64,000 nucleotides of DNA from Hyphomicrobiales bacterium (GCA_947456435.1 CANGSG010000001.1:207-64206), one strand, 5' to 3'; shown: positions 1 through 10,254, counted from the stretch's first letter. Numbers and translations: made by a program. The notes: generated by a model not told the origin, from the letters alone.

Positions 1-62
<62 letters not shown>

Positions 63-200
63 ATCGCTTTAGCAATCTCTCGGGATTGGGGTCCCGAGAT
101 TCTGCGACGAAAGACGCCGCAACAACCGCGCGGTCTATAGCCCTCCGGGTCGGGCAACTCAAGCCCAAACCCGGAAAAGCCCCGCGGGCCTTGATAGATC

Positions 201-578
201 TTAGCTTTCTTCGTCGTCTTCGAGATCGCCGTCGATCAGATCGGCAACATCGTCCTCGCCCTCTTCCTCTTCTTCAAGGAAGGTTTCGTCTTCTTCGATA
301 TCGTCTTCAATCTCGACATCGTCGATGGGCAGGTCCTTGCCTGCCTCTTCCGCTTCGACATCGTCGAGCGACACAAGTTCTGGCGCATCAGCGACGACGC
401 CGACATCCGCATCGTCATCTTCGGTGGCTTTCGCCGCAATTTCCGGCCGAATAGCCGCAATAGCAGGCACAAAGACCGTGCTGCATTTAGGACAGATGAT
501 CGGATCTTTTTGAAGATCGTAAAATTTCGCGCCGCAGCTCTGGCATAGACGCTTGGTGCCGAGTTCCGGTTTTGCCAA
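201..578 (-). CDS. TIGR02300 / FYDLN_acid family zinc-ribbon protein with acidic C-terminal tail
   Basis: Has CxxC...FYDLQ...CPKC followed by a long D/E-rich tail. Start moved to the in-frame TTG at 578 (LAKPELGTKR...), which has GAGG 7 nt upstream. The longer track ORF to 731 has an implausible N-terminus. Confidence 0.75.
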   Translation of the reverse strand: MAKPELGTKRLCQSCGAKFYDLQKDPIICPKCSTVFVPAIAAIRPEIAAKATEDDDADVGVVADAPELVSLDDVEAEEAGKDLPIDDVEIEDDIEEDETFLEEEEEGEDDVADLIDGDLEDDEES

Positions 579-704
579 GGTAAACCTCTTCTCTTTCAAT
601 AATTCGCGCAATGGACCTTGAAGGGCGCCCCGCGCGGCTGCGGCATTCGTTGTCTCGCGGGCAAAGGCGCCTTGCGGGATGACGGGCCGGTTTGACTGTG
701 ATAG

Positions 705-2743
<2,039 letters not shown>

Positions 2744-2902
2744 TCCCTAAAGTCTGCTTTGGTCGGTCCAGCGCCGGCTCGCTTCCTTCAAAAGAAGCGG
2801 TGGTTTCGTTTTCGATAACGAAACATCGATGCAAAGAAGACTTAACCCGAACACATGCTGCCGGCGCCCGGTCCCGCAACAAGGGACCTTTCAGGAGACC
2901 CA

Positions 2903-4615
2903 ATGGTATCGACACATACAAATCCATCGCGCGAAGATTTCGCCGCGATGCTCGACGAGTCGTTCAACAAGAGCGACTCGCTTGAAGGCTCAGTCATCAA
3001 GGGCAGAATTATCGCCATCGAAAAAGATATGGCGGTTGTTGATCTCGGTTTGAAGACCGAAGGTCGCGTGGCTCTGCGTGAATTCACAGGCCCAGGCCGC
3101 GAAGGCGCACCAGGTGTTGGCGATGAAGTCGAAGTCTATCTCGACCGTATCGAAAACGCGCTCGGCGAAGCCGTCATTTCGCGCGACAAAGCCCGTCGCG
3201 AAGAAAGCTGGGTTAAGCTTGAGAAGGCTTTCGAAGCCAATGAAAAGGTCAATGGTGTCATCTTCAATATTGTGAAGGGTGGCTACACCGTCGATCTCGA
3301 TGGCGCGACAGCGTTCTTGCCGCGCAGCCAAGTTGATATTCGCCCGATCCGTGATGTCGGCCCGTTGATGAATATCTCACAGCCGTTCCAGATTTTGAAA
3401 ATGGATCGTCGTCGCGGCAATATCGTTGTTTCGCGTCGTACCGTTCTCGAAGAAACACGCGCAGAGGCCCGCACAGAACTCGTTTCGAATTTGGAAGAAG
3501 GTCAGACCGTTGACGGTACCGTCAAGAACATCACCGAATACGGCGCATTCGTCGATCTCGGTGGTATTGACGGTCTGTTGCACGTCACCGACATGGCATG
3601 GCGCCGCGTCAACCATCCGTCCGAAGTTGTGACAATCGGTCAGCAGCTCAAGGTCAAGATCATCAAGATCAACCATGAGACGCACCGTATCTCGCTCGGC
3701 ATCAAGCAGCTTCTCACCGATCCGTGGGAAGGTATTGAAGCAAAATATCCGCTTCAATCACGCCTCAAAGGCCGCGTGACGAATATCACAGACTACGGTG
3801 CATTCGTTGAACTCGAGCCGGGCATCGAAGGCTTGATCCACGTTTCTGAAATGTCATGGACAAAAAAGAACGTGCATCCGGGCAAGATCGTTTCGACATC
3901 GCAAGAAGTCGAAGTGCAGATCCTCGAAGTCGATTCTTCAAAGCGTCGTATTTCCTTGGGCCTCAAGCAGACATTGCAGAACCCATGGGAATCCTTCGCT
4001 GAGAAGCATCCTGTTGGTTCGGTTGTCGAAGGCGAAGTCAAGAACAAGACCGAATTCGGTCTCTTCATCGGTCTCGAAAACGATGTCGACGGTATGGTGC
4101 ATCTGTCCGATTTGGATTGGTCACGTCCCGGCGAACAGGCAATCGAAGACTACAAGAAGGGCGATATGGTCAAGGCGCAAGTTCTCGACGTGGATGTCGA
4201 GAAAGAGCGTATCTCGCTCGGTATCAAGCAGCTTGGCGGTGACAAATTCGCTGAGTCAGCTGACAGCGCGGGCGACATCAAGAAGGGCGCTATCGTCACT
4301 TGCGAAGTGACGGAAGTGAAGGAAGCCGGTCTCGACGTGAAAATCGTTGGCACCGAATTCACAACCTTCGTGAAGCGCGCTGATCTTGCCCGCGACCGTG
4401 CTGAACAACGCCCTGAGCGTTTCGCAGCCGGCGAGAAATTCGACGCCCGTGTCACGATCTTTGATCGCAAGGCCCGCAAGGTCTCGGTCTCGATCAAGGC
4501 GCTCGAAATGGCTGAAGAAAAAGAAGCGATTGCTCAATATGGTTCGGCCGATGCCGGTGCATCGCTCGGCGATATTTTGGGCGCCGCGCTCAAGAAGAAG
4601 AAGGACGGCGAATAA
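2903..4615 (+). CDS. rpsA: 30S ribosomal protein S1
   Basis: Six S1 repeats (GxV.g.V..i...GafVdl). Start set to ATG 2903 (MVSTHTNPSREDFAAML), which has AGGAGA 4 nt upstream. Confidence 0.95.
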   Translation: MVSTHTNPSREDFAAMLDESFNKSDSLEGSVIKGRIIAIEKDMAVVDLGLKTEGRVALREFTGPGREGAPGVGDEVEVYLDRIENALGEAVISRDKARREESWVKLEKAFEANEKVNGVIFNIVKGGYTVDLDGATAFLPRSQVDIRPIRDVGPLMNISQPFQILKMDRRRGNIVVSRRTVLEETRAEARTELVSNLEEGQTVDGTVKNITEYGAFVDLGGIDGLLHVTDMAWRRVNHPSEVVTIGQQLKVKIIKINHETHRISLGIKQLLTDPWEGIEAKYPLQSRLKGRVTNITDYGAFVELEPGIEGLIHVSEMSWTKKNVHPGKIVSTSQEVEVQILEVDSSKRRISLGLKQTLQNPWESFAEKHPVGSVVEGEVKNKTEFGLFIGLENDVDGMVHLSDLDWSRPGEQAIEDYKKGDMVKAQVLDVDVEKERISLGIKQLGGDKFAESADSAGDIKKGAIVTCEVTEVKEAGLDVKIVGTEFTTFVKRADLARDRAEQRPERFAAGEKFDARVTIFDRKARKVSVSIKALEMAEEKEAIAQYGSADAGASLGDILGAALKKKKDGE

Positions 4616-4640
4616 GCCGCTCTTCCTCTTTCAAAAGATC

Positions 4641-4671
4641 AAACCCGCGTGGACAACCACGCGGGTTTTTT
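4641..4671 (+). terminator. Rho-independent terminator after rpsA (usable from both sides)
   Basis: 9-bp GC-rich stem 4644-4652/4657-4665 (CCCGCGTGG/CCACGCGGG), ACAA loop, T6 run 4666-4671, with AAA on the 5' side. Confidence 0.8.
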
Positions 4672-4677
4672 GTTGGT

Positions 4678-4935
4678 TCAGATGAATTCATCGGGAGAAC
4701 GCGACTCTTTGTTCAAACGTTCTTCACGCCGGGCTTGAAGGCGCGCTGTCGGATCAACGAAAAATCCAACATCTTCGGCGACGTCGGCCCGCGTCAGACC
4801 AATATCGTGAAGAGCCTGATCATCAAGCGATCTCAGATAATGAAAATCGTTCCTTGCTCTGAAATAATATCGAATTTTTGCCGATGCTTCATTTCGACCA
4901 AACTCGAACCCAGCCCTTGACGCGACGAGCAACAC
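4678..4935 (-). CDS. DUF1127 domain small protein (5' end uncertain, possible frameshift)
   Basis: The LRSLDDQALHDIGLTRADV motif is typical of DUF1127. The track start is a GTG with no SD. An SD-backed ATG at 4981 lies in another frame (see findings). Confidence 0.6.
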   Translation of the reverse strand: MLLVASRAGFEFGRNEASAKIRYYFRARNDFHYLRSLDDQALHDIGLTRADVAEDVGFFVDPTARLQARREERLNKESRSPDEFI

Positions 4936-5159
4936 TCGATGCCATAGTGGCGAGAGGGCTTTGATCGGATAAATGCGTCATGAGAGCCTCCTTTGGGCTT
5001 TAGGGTTGCACTATTCCCTTACGTAAGGTTTTTGACATCGGCAAGCGGTTTTCACATTGTCCTTTCGTGATTTTGCACCCTCGTCGCCCCAAGGGTTCAG
5101 ATTGACCATGATCCTATCGCCGCGATAAACATAACGGTCCGTATTTTTAAGTCTGTTCA

Positions 5160-5552
5160 ATGTATCACCTTGTAACCCGCAATATCTCGATCACGGCCAA
5201 ACCGTCTTACATGCCGGAGCAATCCAGCGCCGAGCAAAGCCGCTATTTCTGGGCCTATACGATTGAAATCGTGAACCAGGGCGAGGAAACGGTGACCCTG
5301 CTCTCCCGCCACTGGATTATCACCGATGGTGAGGGCAAGACGCAGGAAGTACGCGGCGAAGGCGTGGTCGGTGAACAGCCGACCCTCGCGCCGGGTACAA
5401 GCTTCACCTATACGAGCGGATGCCCGCTCTCGACCCCGCAAGGGATCATGAAGGGCTCCTATATTTTCAAAACAGACGCGGGCGAATTATTTGACGTCGC
5501 GATCCCCGCCTTCTCGCTCGATATGCCGGAAGCGAAACGCGTGTTGCATTGA
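5160..5552 (+). CDS. apaG: ApaG (DUF525) protein
   Basis: 130 aa. MYHLVTRNISITAKPSYMPEQS...FWAYTIEIVNQG...L.SRHW.ITDG.G....V.G.GVVG.QP.L.PG..F.Y.S matches the ApaG fold family. Confidence 0.85.
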   Translation: MYHLVTRNISITAKPSYMPEQSSAEQSRYFWAYTIEIVNQGEETVTLLSRHWIITDGEGKTQEVRGEGVVGEQPTLAPGTSFTYTSGCPLSTPQGIMKGSYIFKTDAGELFDVAIPAFSLDMPEAKRVLH

Positions 5553-5587
5553 GACGCAGCGGAAATTTTTGTCATTGTAGGGACAGT

Positions 5588-5821
5588 TTAAGACATCCTG
5601 AGAAGACGCCGCTCCAATTGATCACCAAGCATCAAGGCTTCGGTATGCGCGTCTTCCAGCATGGATGAGAACATCGCGGCAGCGCCAACGACCGCTTGAT
5701 TGCCCTGCTCTTGAAATTGAACCTCATCGCGCAGAGCGACCAACGCGCAATTCAAGGCGAACGCGAAAGGCTCAAGCGTGTTCAAAAACGTCATCGGTGT
5801 TTTGAAATCAATCTGCGTCAT
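5588..5821 (-). CDS. hypothetical small protein (77 aa), no recognisable domain
   Basis: In-frame ATG at 5821 with AAGGGGA 6 nt upstream. The track ORF extends to 5890 through a hairpin region and is probably too long. Confidence 0.45.
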   Translation of the reverse strand: MTQIDFKTPMTFLNTLEPFAFALNCALVALRDEVQFQEQGNQAVVGAAAMFSSMLEDAHTEALMLGDQLERRLLRMS

Positions 5822-5892
5822 TTCATTTCCCCTTGCTTTCGAAATGAAAACGACCCCAGACGCGGAAACCGCGCTGGAGCAAATTTCCAAAT

Positions 5893-5924
5893 AAAAAACG
5901 ACTCCAGCGCGACGCGCTGGAGTC
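5893..5924 (-). terminator. Rho-independent terminator of the candidate RNA
   Basis: 11-bp stem GACUCCAGCGC/GCGCUGGAGUC (5924-5914/5910-5900), 3-nt loop, then G + U6 (5898-5893) on the minus strand. Confidence 0.8.
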
Positions 5925-6180
5925 GGGGTGCTGAAAGAGCCACCAAGTGTTGGCCGCAGCGTTTTTAGCTTTGCAGCCTGGACATAACGCCGCCACCCCG
6001 ACGTGAGAGCACGTCAGGGCAGTTTGGTGTCGGCAGATGCACTGCCGCACTTGGAGAGGTCTTTCAGTTCCCCGAGTCATGGTTTCACATGACCTTAGGG
6101 AAGACTATCAGCCCCATACCAAAACGCAAACTGCCCTCACGCGATCAACGCGCGGAGCAGTGGAGGGTAGTGGGGAGATA
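5893..6180 (-). ncRNA. candidate structured RNA (unclassified sRNA or cis-regulatory leader)
   Basis: No credible ORF. Nested helices are visible by eye, including an 11-bp long-range helix and a GCAA tetraloop. Several G-U pairs are valid only on the minus strand. It ends in a strong intrinsic terminator. Confidence 0.45.
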
Positions 6181-6223
6181 ATGAAACGCGCTTAAGTTGA
6201 AGCGTGGTATTTTATTCAACTTT

Positions 6224-6395
6224 TCGTCATTGCGAGCTGACGCTCCTAGACCGTCATTGCAAATACGCAAACCTCCGCCCGTCATTGCGAGCAAACGCGA
6301 AGCAATCCAGTTGGAGTCTCAAGTAGAGGCTCTATGTCGTCATTGCATTTCAAAGCGAATCATCAACTGGATTGCTTCGCGTTTGCTCGCAATTA
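6224..6395. repeat. cluster of CGTCATTGC-type palindromic intergenic repeats (REP/MITE-like)
   Basis: CGTCATTGC core at 6225, 6252, 6280 and 6338. A 30-bp perfect inverted repeat spans 6284-6313 / 6364-6393 around a 50-nt loop. Confidence 0.75.
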
Positions 6396-6401
6396 CGGAA
6401 T

Positions 6402-6434
6402 AAAAAAACGGCCCCGAATGATCAGGGCCGTTTT
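6402..6434 (-). terminator. Rho-independent terminator after pnp
   Basis: Stem CGGCCC/GGGCCG (6409-6414/6425-6430), extended by A-T pairs. U7 follows on the minus strand (A-run 6402-6408). Confidence 0.8.
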
Positions 6435-6469
6435 GATTTCGACTCGATAAGAGTGAAGCGAAGCGCGGA

Positions 6470-8617
6470 TTACTCAGCCGCTGGCTCGCCACCTTCTGAA
6501 GCCGCTTTTGCTTCGAGATCTTCACCGGTTGTCTGATCGACAGCCTTCATCGACAAACGCACTTTGCCGCGATCGTCGAAGCCGAGCAATTTCACCTTCA
6601 CCTTGTCGCCTTCTTTGACGACATCGGTGACTTTGTTCACGCGCGCCGCAGCAAGCTGCGAGATGTGAACAAGACCATCCTTCGCGCCGAAGAAATTGAC
6701 GAAGGCGCCAAATTCGGCGGTCTTCACAACCGTGCCATCATAAATCACGCCGACTTCTGGTTCGGACGCAATCGACTTGATCCAGTTAATTGCCGCTGTG
6801 ATCGATGCGCCATCTGACGAGGCAATCTTTACGGTACCGTCATCTTCAATATTGATTTTTGCGCCCGTCTTTTCGACGATTTCGCGGATGACCTTACCGC
6901 CTGTGCCGATGACTTCACGGATTTTGTCCGTCGGAATTTTCATCGTTTCGATACGCGGTGCATATTGGCCGAGTTCTTTGCGTGCGCCGGAGAGGCCCTT
7001 CGCCATTTCACCGAGGATATGCAAACGGCCGTCTTTCGCCTGATGCAGAGCGACCTTCATGATCTCTTCGGTAATACCGGCAATCTTGATGTCCATCTGC
7101 AGCGAGGTGACACCATTTTCCGTGCCCGCCACTTTGAAATCCATATCGCCCAGATGATCTTCATCACCCAAGATATCGGAGAGAACGGCGTAACGCTCGC
7201 CTTCGAGAATCAGGCCCATCGCGATACCCGCGACGGGTGACTTCAACGGCACACCGGCATCCATCAATGCGAGCGATGAACCGCAAACCGTTGCCATCGA
7301 CGATGAACCGTTTGATTCCGTGATCTCGGAGACAAGGCGGATCGTGTACGGGAATTCGTGATGCGGCGGCAGCATTGGATGCACAGCGCGCCAAGCGAGT
7401 TTGCCGTGACCGATTTCGCGACGACCAGGCGAACCCATGCGGCCTGTTTCACCCACCGAATAAGGAGGGAAGTTATAGTGCAGCAGGAAGGTTTCTTTGT
7501 ATGTGCCTTCGAGCGCATCGATAAACTGCTCGTCATCTGCTGTGCCGAGAGTGGCCACAACAAAGGCCTGCGTTTCACCGCGCGTAAACAAAGATGAACC
7601 ATGGGCGCGCGGAAGAACGCCAACTTCGGAGAGGATCGGACGAACGGTTACGAGATCGCGACCATCGATACGCTTCTTGGTATCAAGAATATTCCAACGC
7701 ACGATCTTCGCTTCAACTTCTTTAAACACAGAAGCAACGATAAGGGCGTTGATTGGTTCAGCAGCGCCTTCGCCAGCGAAAGCTTCAAGCACTTTCGCTT
7801 TTGCATTCGCAACCTTGTTCTGACGTTCCTGCTTCGCCGGCGTCGAATAGGCATCGCGCAATTCTTTTTCGACAAGAGCGAGAATCTTGCCTTCAAGCGC
7901 CGAGTGATCTGGCGTTGTGAAATCGCGTGGTTCTTTCGCAGCGACTTCAGCAAGCTTGATGATCGCATCGATCACAGGCTGGAAGCCGGCGTGACCATGC
8001 ATCACCGCGCCGAGCATGACGTCTTCGCCAAGCTCTTTCGCTTCTGACTCGACCATCAACACGGCATCATTCGTGCCCGCGACAACGAGATCGAGAACCG
8101 AGTCGGCCATTTCAGCAAGCGTCGGGTTCAAACGATATTGACCATTGATATAGCCAACGCGTGCTGCGCCAACCGGACCCATGAACGGCACGCCAGAGAG
8201 CGTGAGCGCTGCGGAGGAGGCAACCATCGCAACAATGTCAGGATCGTTTTCAAGATCATGCGAGAGCACAGTCACCACAACTTGCGTGTCGTTCTTGTAG
8301 CCTTCGACGAAGAGTGGGCGGATCGGGCGATCGATCAAACGGGAAACCAGCGTTTCCTTCTCAGACGGACGACCTTCGCGCTTGAAATAGCCACCGGGAA
8401 TACGACCGGCTGCGAAAGCCTTTTCCTGATAGTTCACGGTAAGCGGGAAGAAATCGACGCCGGGCTTCGGATCTTTTGCCGACACAACGGTCGCGAGCAC
8501 AGTTGTTTCGCCATAAGTGGCGAGCACCGAGCCATCAGCCTGACGCGCAATACGTCCGGTTTCGAGCATGAGCTTGCGCCCTGCCCAGATCAGTTCAACT
8601 TTTTGGATATCAAACAT
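6470..8617 (-). CDS. pnp: polyribonucleotide nucleotidyltransferase (PNPase)
   Basis: 715 aa with two RNase PH domains, KH and S1 domains. Sits downstream of rpsO. Confidence 0.97.
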   Translation of the reverse strand: MFDIQKVELIWAGRKLMLETGRIARQADGSVLATYGETTVLATVVSAKDPKPGVDFFPLTVNYQEKAFAAGRIPGGYFKREGRPSEKETLVSRLIDRPIRPLFVEGYKNDTQVVVTVLSHDLENDPDIVAMVASSAALTLSGVPFMGPVGAARVGYINGQYRLNPTLAEMADSVLDLVVAGTNDAVLMVESEAKELGEDVMLGAVMHGHAGFQPVIDAIIKLAEVAAKEPRDFTTPDHSALEGKILALVEKELRDAYSTPAKQERQNKVANAKAKVLEAFAGEGAAEPINALIVASVFKEVEAKIVRWNILDTKKRIDGRDLVTVRPILSEVGVLPRAHGSSLFTRGETQAFVVATLGTADDEQFIDALEGTYKETFLLHYNFPPYSVGETGRMGSPGRREIGHGKLAWRAVHPMLPPHHEFPYTIRLVSEITESNGSSSMATVCGSSLALMDAGVPLKSPVAGIAMGLILEGERYAVLSDILGDEDHLGDMDFKVAGTENGVTSLQMDIKIAGITEEIMKVALHQAKDGRLHILGEMAKGLSGARKELGQYAPRIETMKIPTDKIREVIGTGGKVIREIVEKTGAKINIEDDGTVKIASSDGASITAAINWIKSIASEPEVGVIYDGTVVKTAEFGAFVNFFGAKDGLVHISQLAAARVNKVTDVVKEGDKVKVKLLGFDDRGKVRLSMKAVDQTTGEDLEAKAASEGGEPAAE

Positions 8618-8870
8618 AGAGTTTTTAGTCTTTCATCATGGCCCGGGATCCGAAGACCATGTGCAAGACGGCGGGGGGCTGGCTTTGACCTGCGGCGCAA
8701 GGCGCACGCTCCAGCCTCCGGCAATCCTGCCATGAAATCCGCATCGGGGGCAGGGTTGAGGGCTTTCGGTCTCTGACCATGTGAGCCCAGGAGTATGAAA
8801 CAGAAGGCCGGATGCCGGCTGTTTCATGAAGGCAACGGGCCGCCTGAGGAGCGGCCCGAAGTAATCGCGT
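8618..8870 (-). promoter_or_regulatory. structured rpsO-pnp intergenic leader
   Basis: Hairpins at 8837-8843/8851-8857 (7 bp GC), 8795-8803/8819-8827 (9 bp) and 8677-8682/8711-8716. Analogy to the RNase III-processed pnp leader of E. coli is inference. Confidence 0.4.
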
Positions 8871-9140
8871 TTAGCGACGAATGCCGAGCTTTTCGATAAT
8901 CGTCTTGTAGCGGGCTTCGTCCTTCGACTTGACATAATCGAGGAGCGAACGGCGCTGCGAGACCATCTTCAAAAGGCCGCGGCGGGAATGATTGTCCTTC
9001 ACATGGCTCTTGAAGTGGCCCGTGAGATTGGTGATGCGCTCGGTGAGGATCGCAATCTGGACTTCGGGTGAACCTGTGTCGCCCTTTTTGGTGGCGAATT
9101 GGGTCACGAGTTCCTGTTTACGTTCAGGCGATATCGACAT
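8871..9140 (-). CDS. rpsO: 30S ribosomal protein S15
   Basis: 89 aa, [12 protein letters not shown]...[19 protein letters not shown]...H.KD.HSRRGLL. Confidence 0.97.
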   Translation of the reverse strand: MSISPERKQELVTQFATKKGDTGSPEVQIAILTERITNLTGHFKSHVKDNHSRRGLLKMVSQRRSLLDYVKSKDEARYKTIIEKLGIRR

Positions 9141-9191
9141 CGGATAATCCTTTCAAACTTAAAGGAAATTCGGCATTTTGCCGGATAATCC
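9141..9191 (-). promoter_or_regulatory. rpsO 5' leader with duplicated self-complementary GGAUUAUCCG element
   Basis: The 10-nt repeat lies at 9150-9141 (abutting the AUG and overlapping the SD) and at 9191-9182. The two copies can pair 8/9 with each other. Confidence 0.35.
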
Positions 9192-9339
9192 GCCGGAAGG
9201 CCGTGGCCGGGATGTCGTCCAGCCGGGTCTATCACAAACGGAAACCGCCGGGATCATCCCCGGCGCGCTGTGGGGCTTATACACGAAAATGGCGTGAAGG
9301 CGAGGGAAAAGAGTCCGGCGCATTCATCGGGATAAACCC

Positions 9340-10242
9340 TCACAGATTAAACACCCGATGCGGGACCAATTCGCCGCGCTCGACCGTACCGATGGCGATC
9401 ACCTGTCCGGCATGGGTCGCGTAAACCATTTCACCCTCGGCAGGCGCATCGCGCCCACGCAGGATAACGGATTGGCCACGACGAAGGCGCATCGGCCCGT
9501 CACCACCCACCGGCACTTCGACCAGTTCCCGTAGACCCGTATCGACGCTTCTTAACGCGGCTGCGGGAGCAAGGGCGTCGGCCTCAAGCGCCGAGAGCGC
9601 GACCGCATCGGCTTCCGTGAAGGGTCCAACGCGTGTGCGGCGGAGCGCCGTCACATAACCATAGCATCCCAGCAAACGACCGAGGTCCCGCGCGATAGCA
9701 CGGACATAGGTGCCTTTGCCGCATTCGGCTTCAAGCACCGCCGACTGCCCATCAAAGGACACAAGCGTCAGCGTATGAATCTCAACGATGCGCGGTTGGA
9801 GTTCGACTATCTCGCCGCCCCGCGCCAGATCATAAGCTCGTTCGCCATCGATCTTGATCGCGGAATAGCGCGGGGGCACCTGTGTGATCGCGCCTGTAAA
9901 GCGTGGCAAGGCGTTTAGAATTTCTGACTCAGTCGGCCGCTGATCACTTTGTAAAACAACGCGTCCCTCAGAATCATCCGTATCGGTTTCAATGCCAAAG
10001 GTCACCGTGAAGCGATAGGCCTTCTCGCCATCAACAACATAGGGAACCGTCTTTGTCGCTTCACCAAATGCAAGTGGCAAGAGACCTGAAGCCAACGGAT
10101 CAAGCGTGCCGGCGTGACCCGCTTTTTTCGCGTTCAACAAACGACGCACAACCGCAACCGCATGTGTTGATGTCATGCCTAACGGCTTATCGAGAGCGAT
10201 CCATCCATGCACATCGGCACGTTGTTTTTTGGGAGCATTCAT
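9340..10242 (-). CDS. truB: tRNA pseudouridine(55) synthase
   Basis: GWIALDKPLGMTS....V......K.GH.GTLDP.ASG.LP motif, 300 aa, in the rbfA-truB-rpsO order. Confidence 0.95.
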   Translation of the reverse strand: MNAPKKQRADVHGWIALDKPLGMTSTHAVAVVRRLLNAKKAGHAGTLDPLASGLLPLAFGEATKTVPYVVDGEKAYRFTVTFGIETDTDDSEGRVVLQSDQRPTESEILNALPRFTGAITQVPPRYSAIKIDGERAYDLARGGEIVELQPRIVEIHTLTLVSFDGQSAVLEAECGKGTYVRAIARDLGRLLGCYGYVTALRRTRVGPFTEADAVALSALEADALAPAAALRSVDTGLRELVEVPVGGDGPMRLRRGQSVILRGRDAPAEGEMVYATHAGQVIAIGTVERGELVPHRVFNL

Positions 10243-10254
10243 AGATTTAAAAAC

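Noticed and set aside
5696-6080. Track ORFs 5823..6080 (-) and 5696..5968 (+) over the structured RNA region
   Set aside because: Cys/Arg/Trp-rich translations with no SD, and they run through a strong terminator hairpin. The region is better explained as RNA.
6225-6346. About 28-bp periodicity of the CGTCATTGC core looked superficially CRISPR-like
   Set aside because: Only a 9-13 nt core is conserved, there are four copies, and the units are parts of a larger inverted repeat. No cas genes or leader are present. It does not meet CRISPR repeat criteria.
6197-6525. Track ORFs 6197..6403 (+) and 6340..6525 (-) encoding VIASKREAIQ-type peptides
   Set aside because: They are translations of the palindromic CGTCATTGC repeat on both strands, and the second runs into the pnp terminator and stop region. 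They are artefacts of the repeat.
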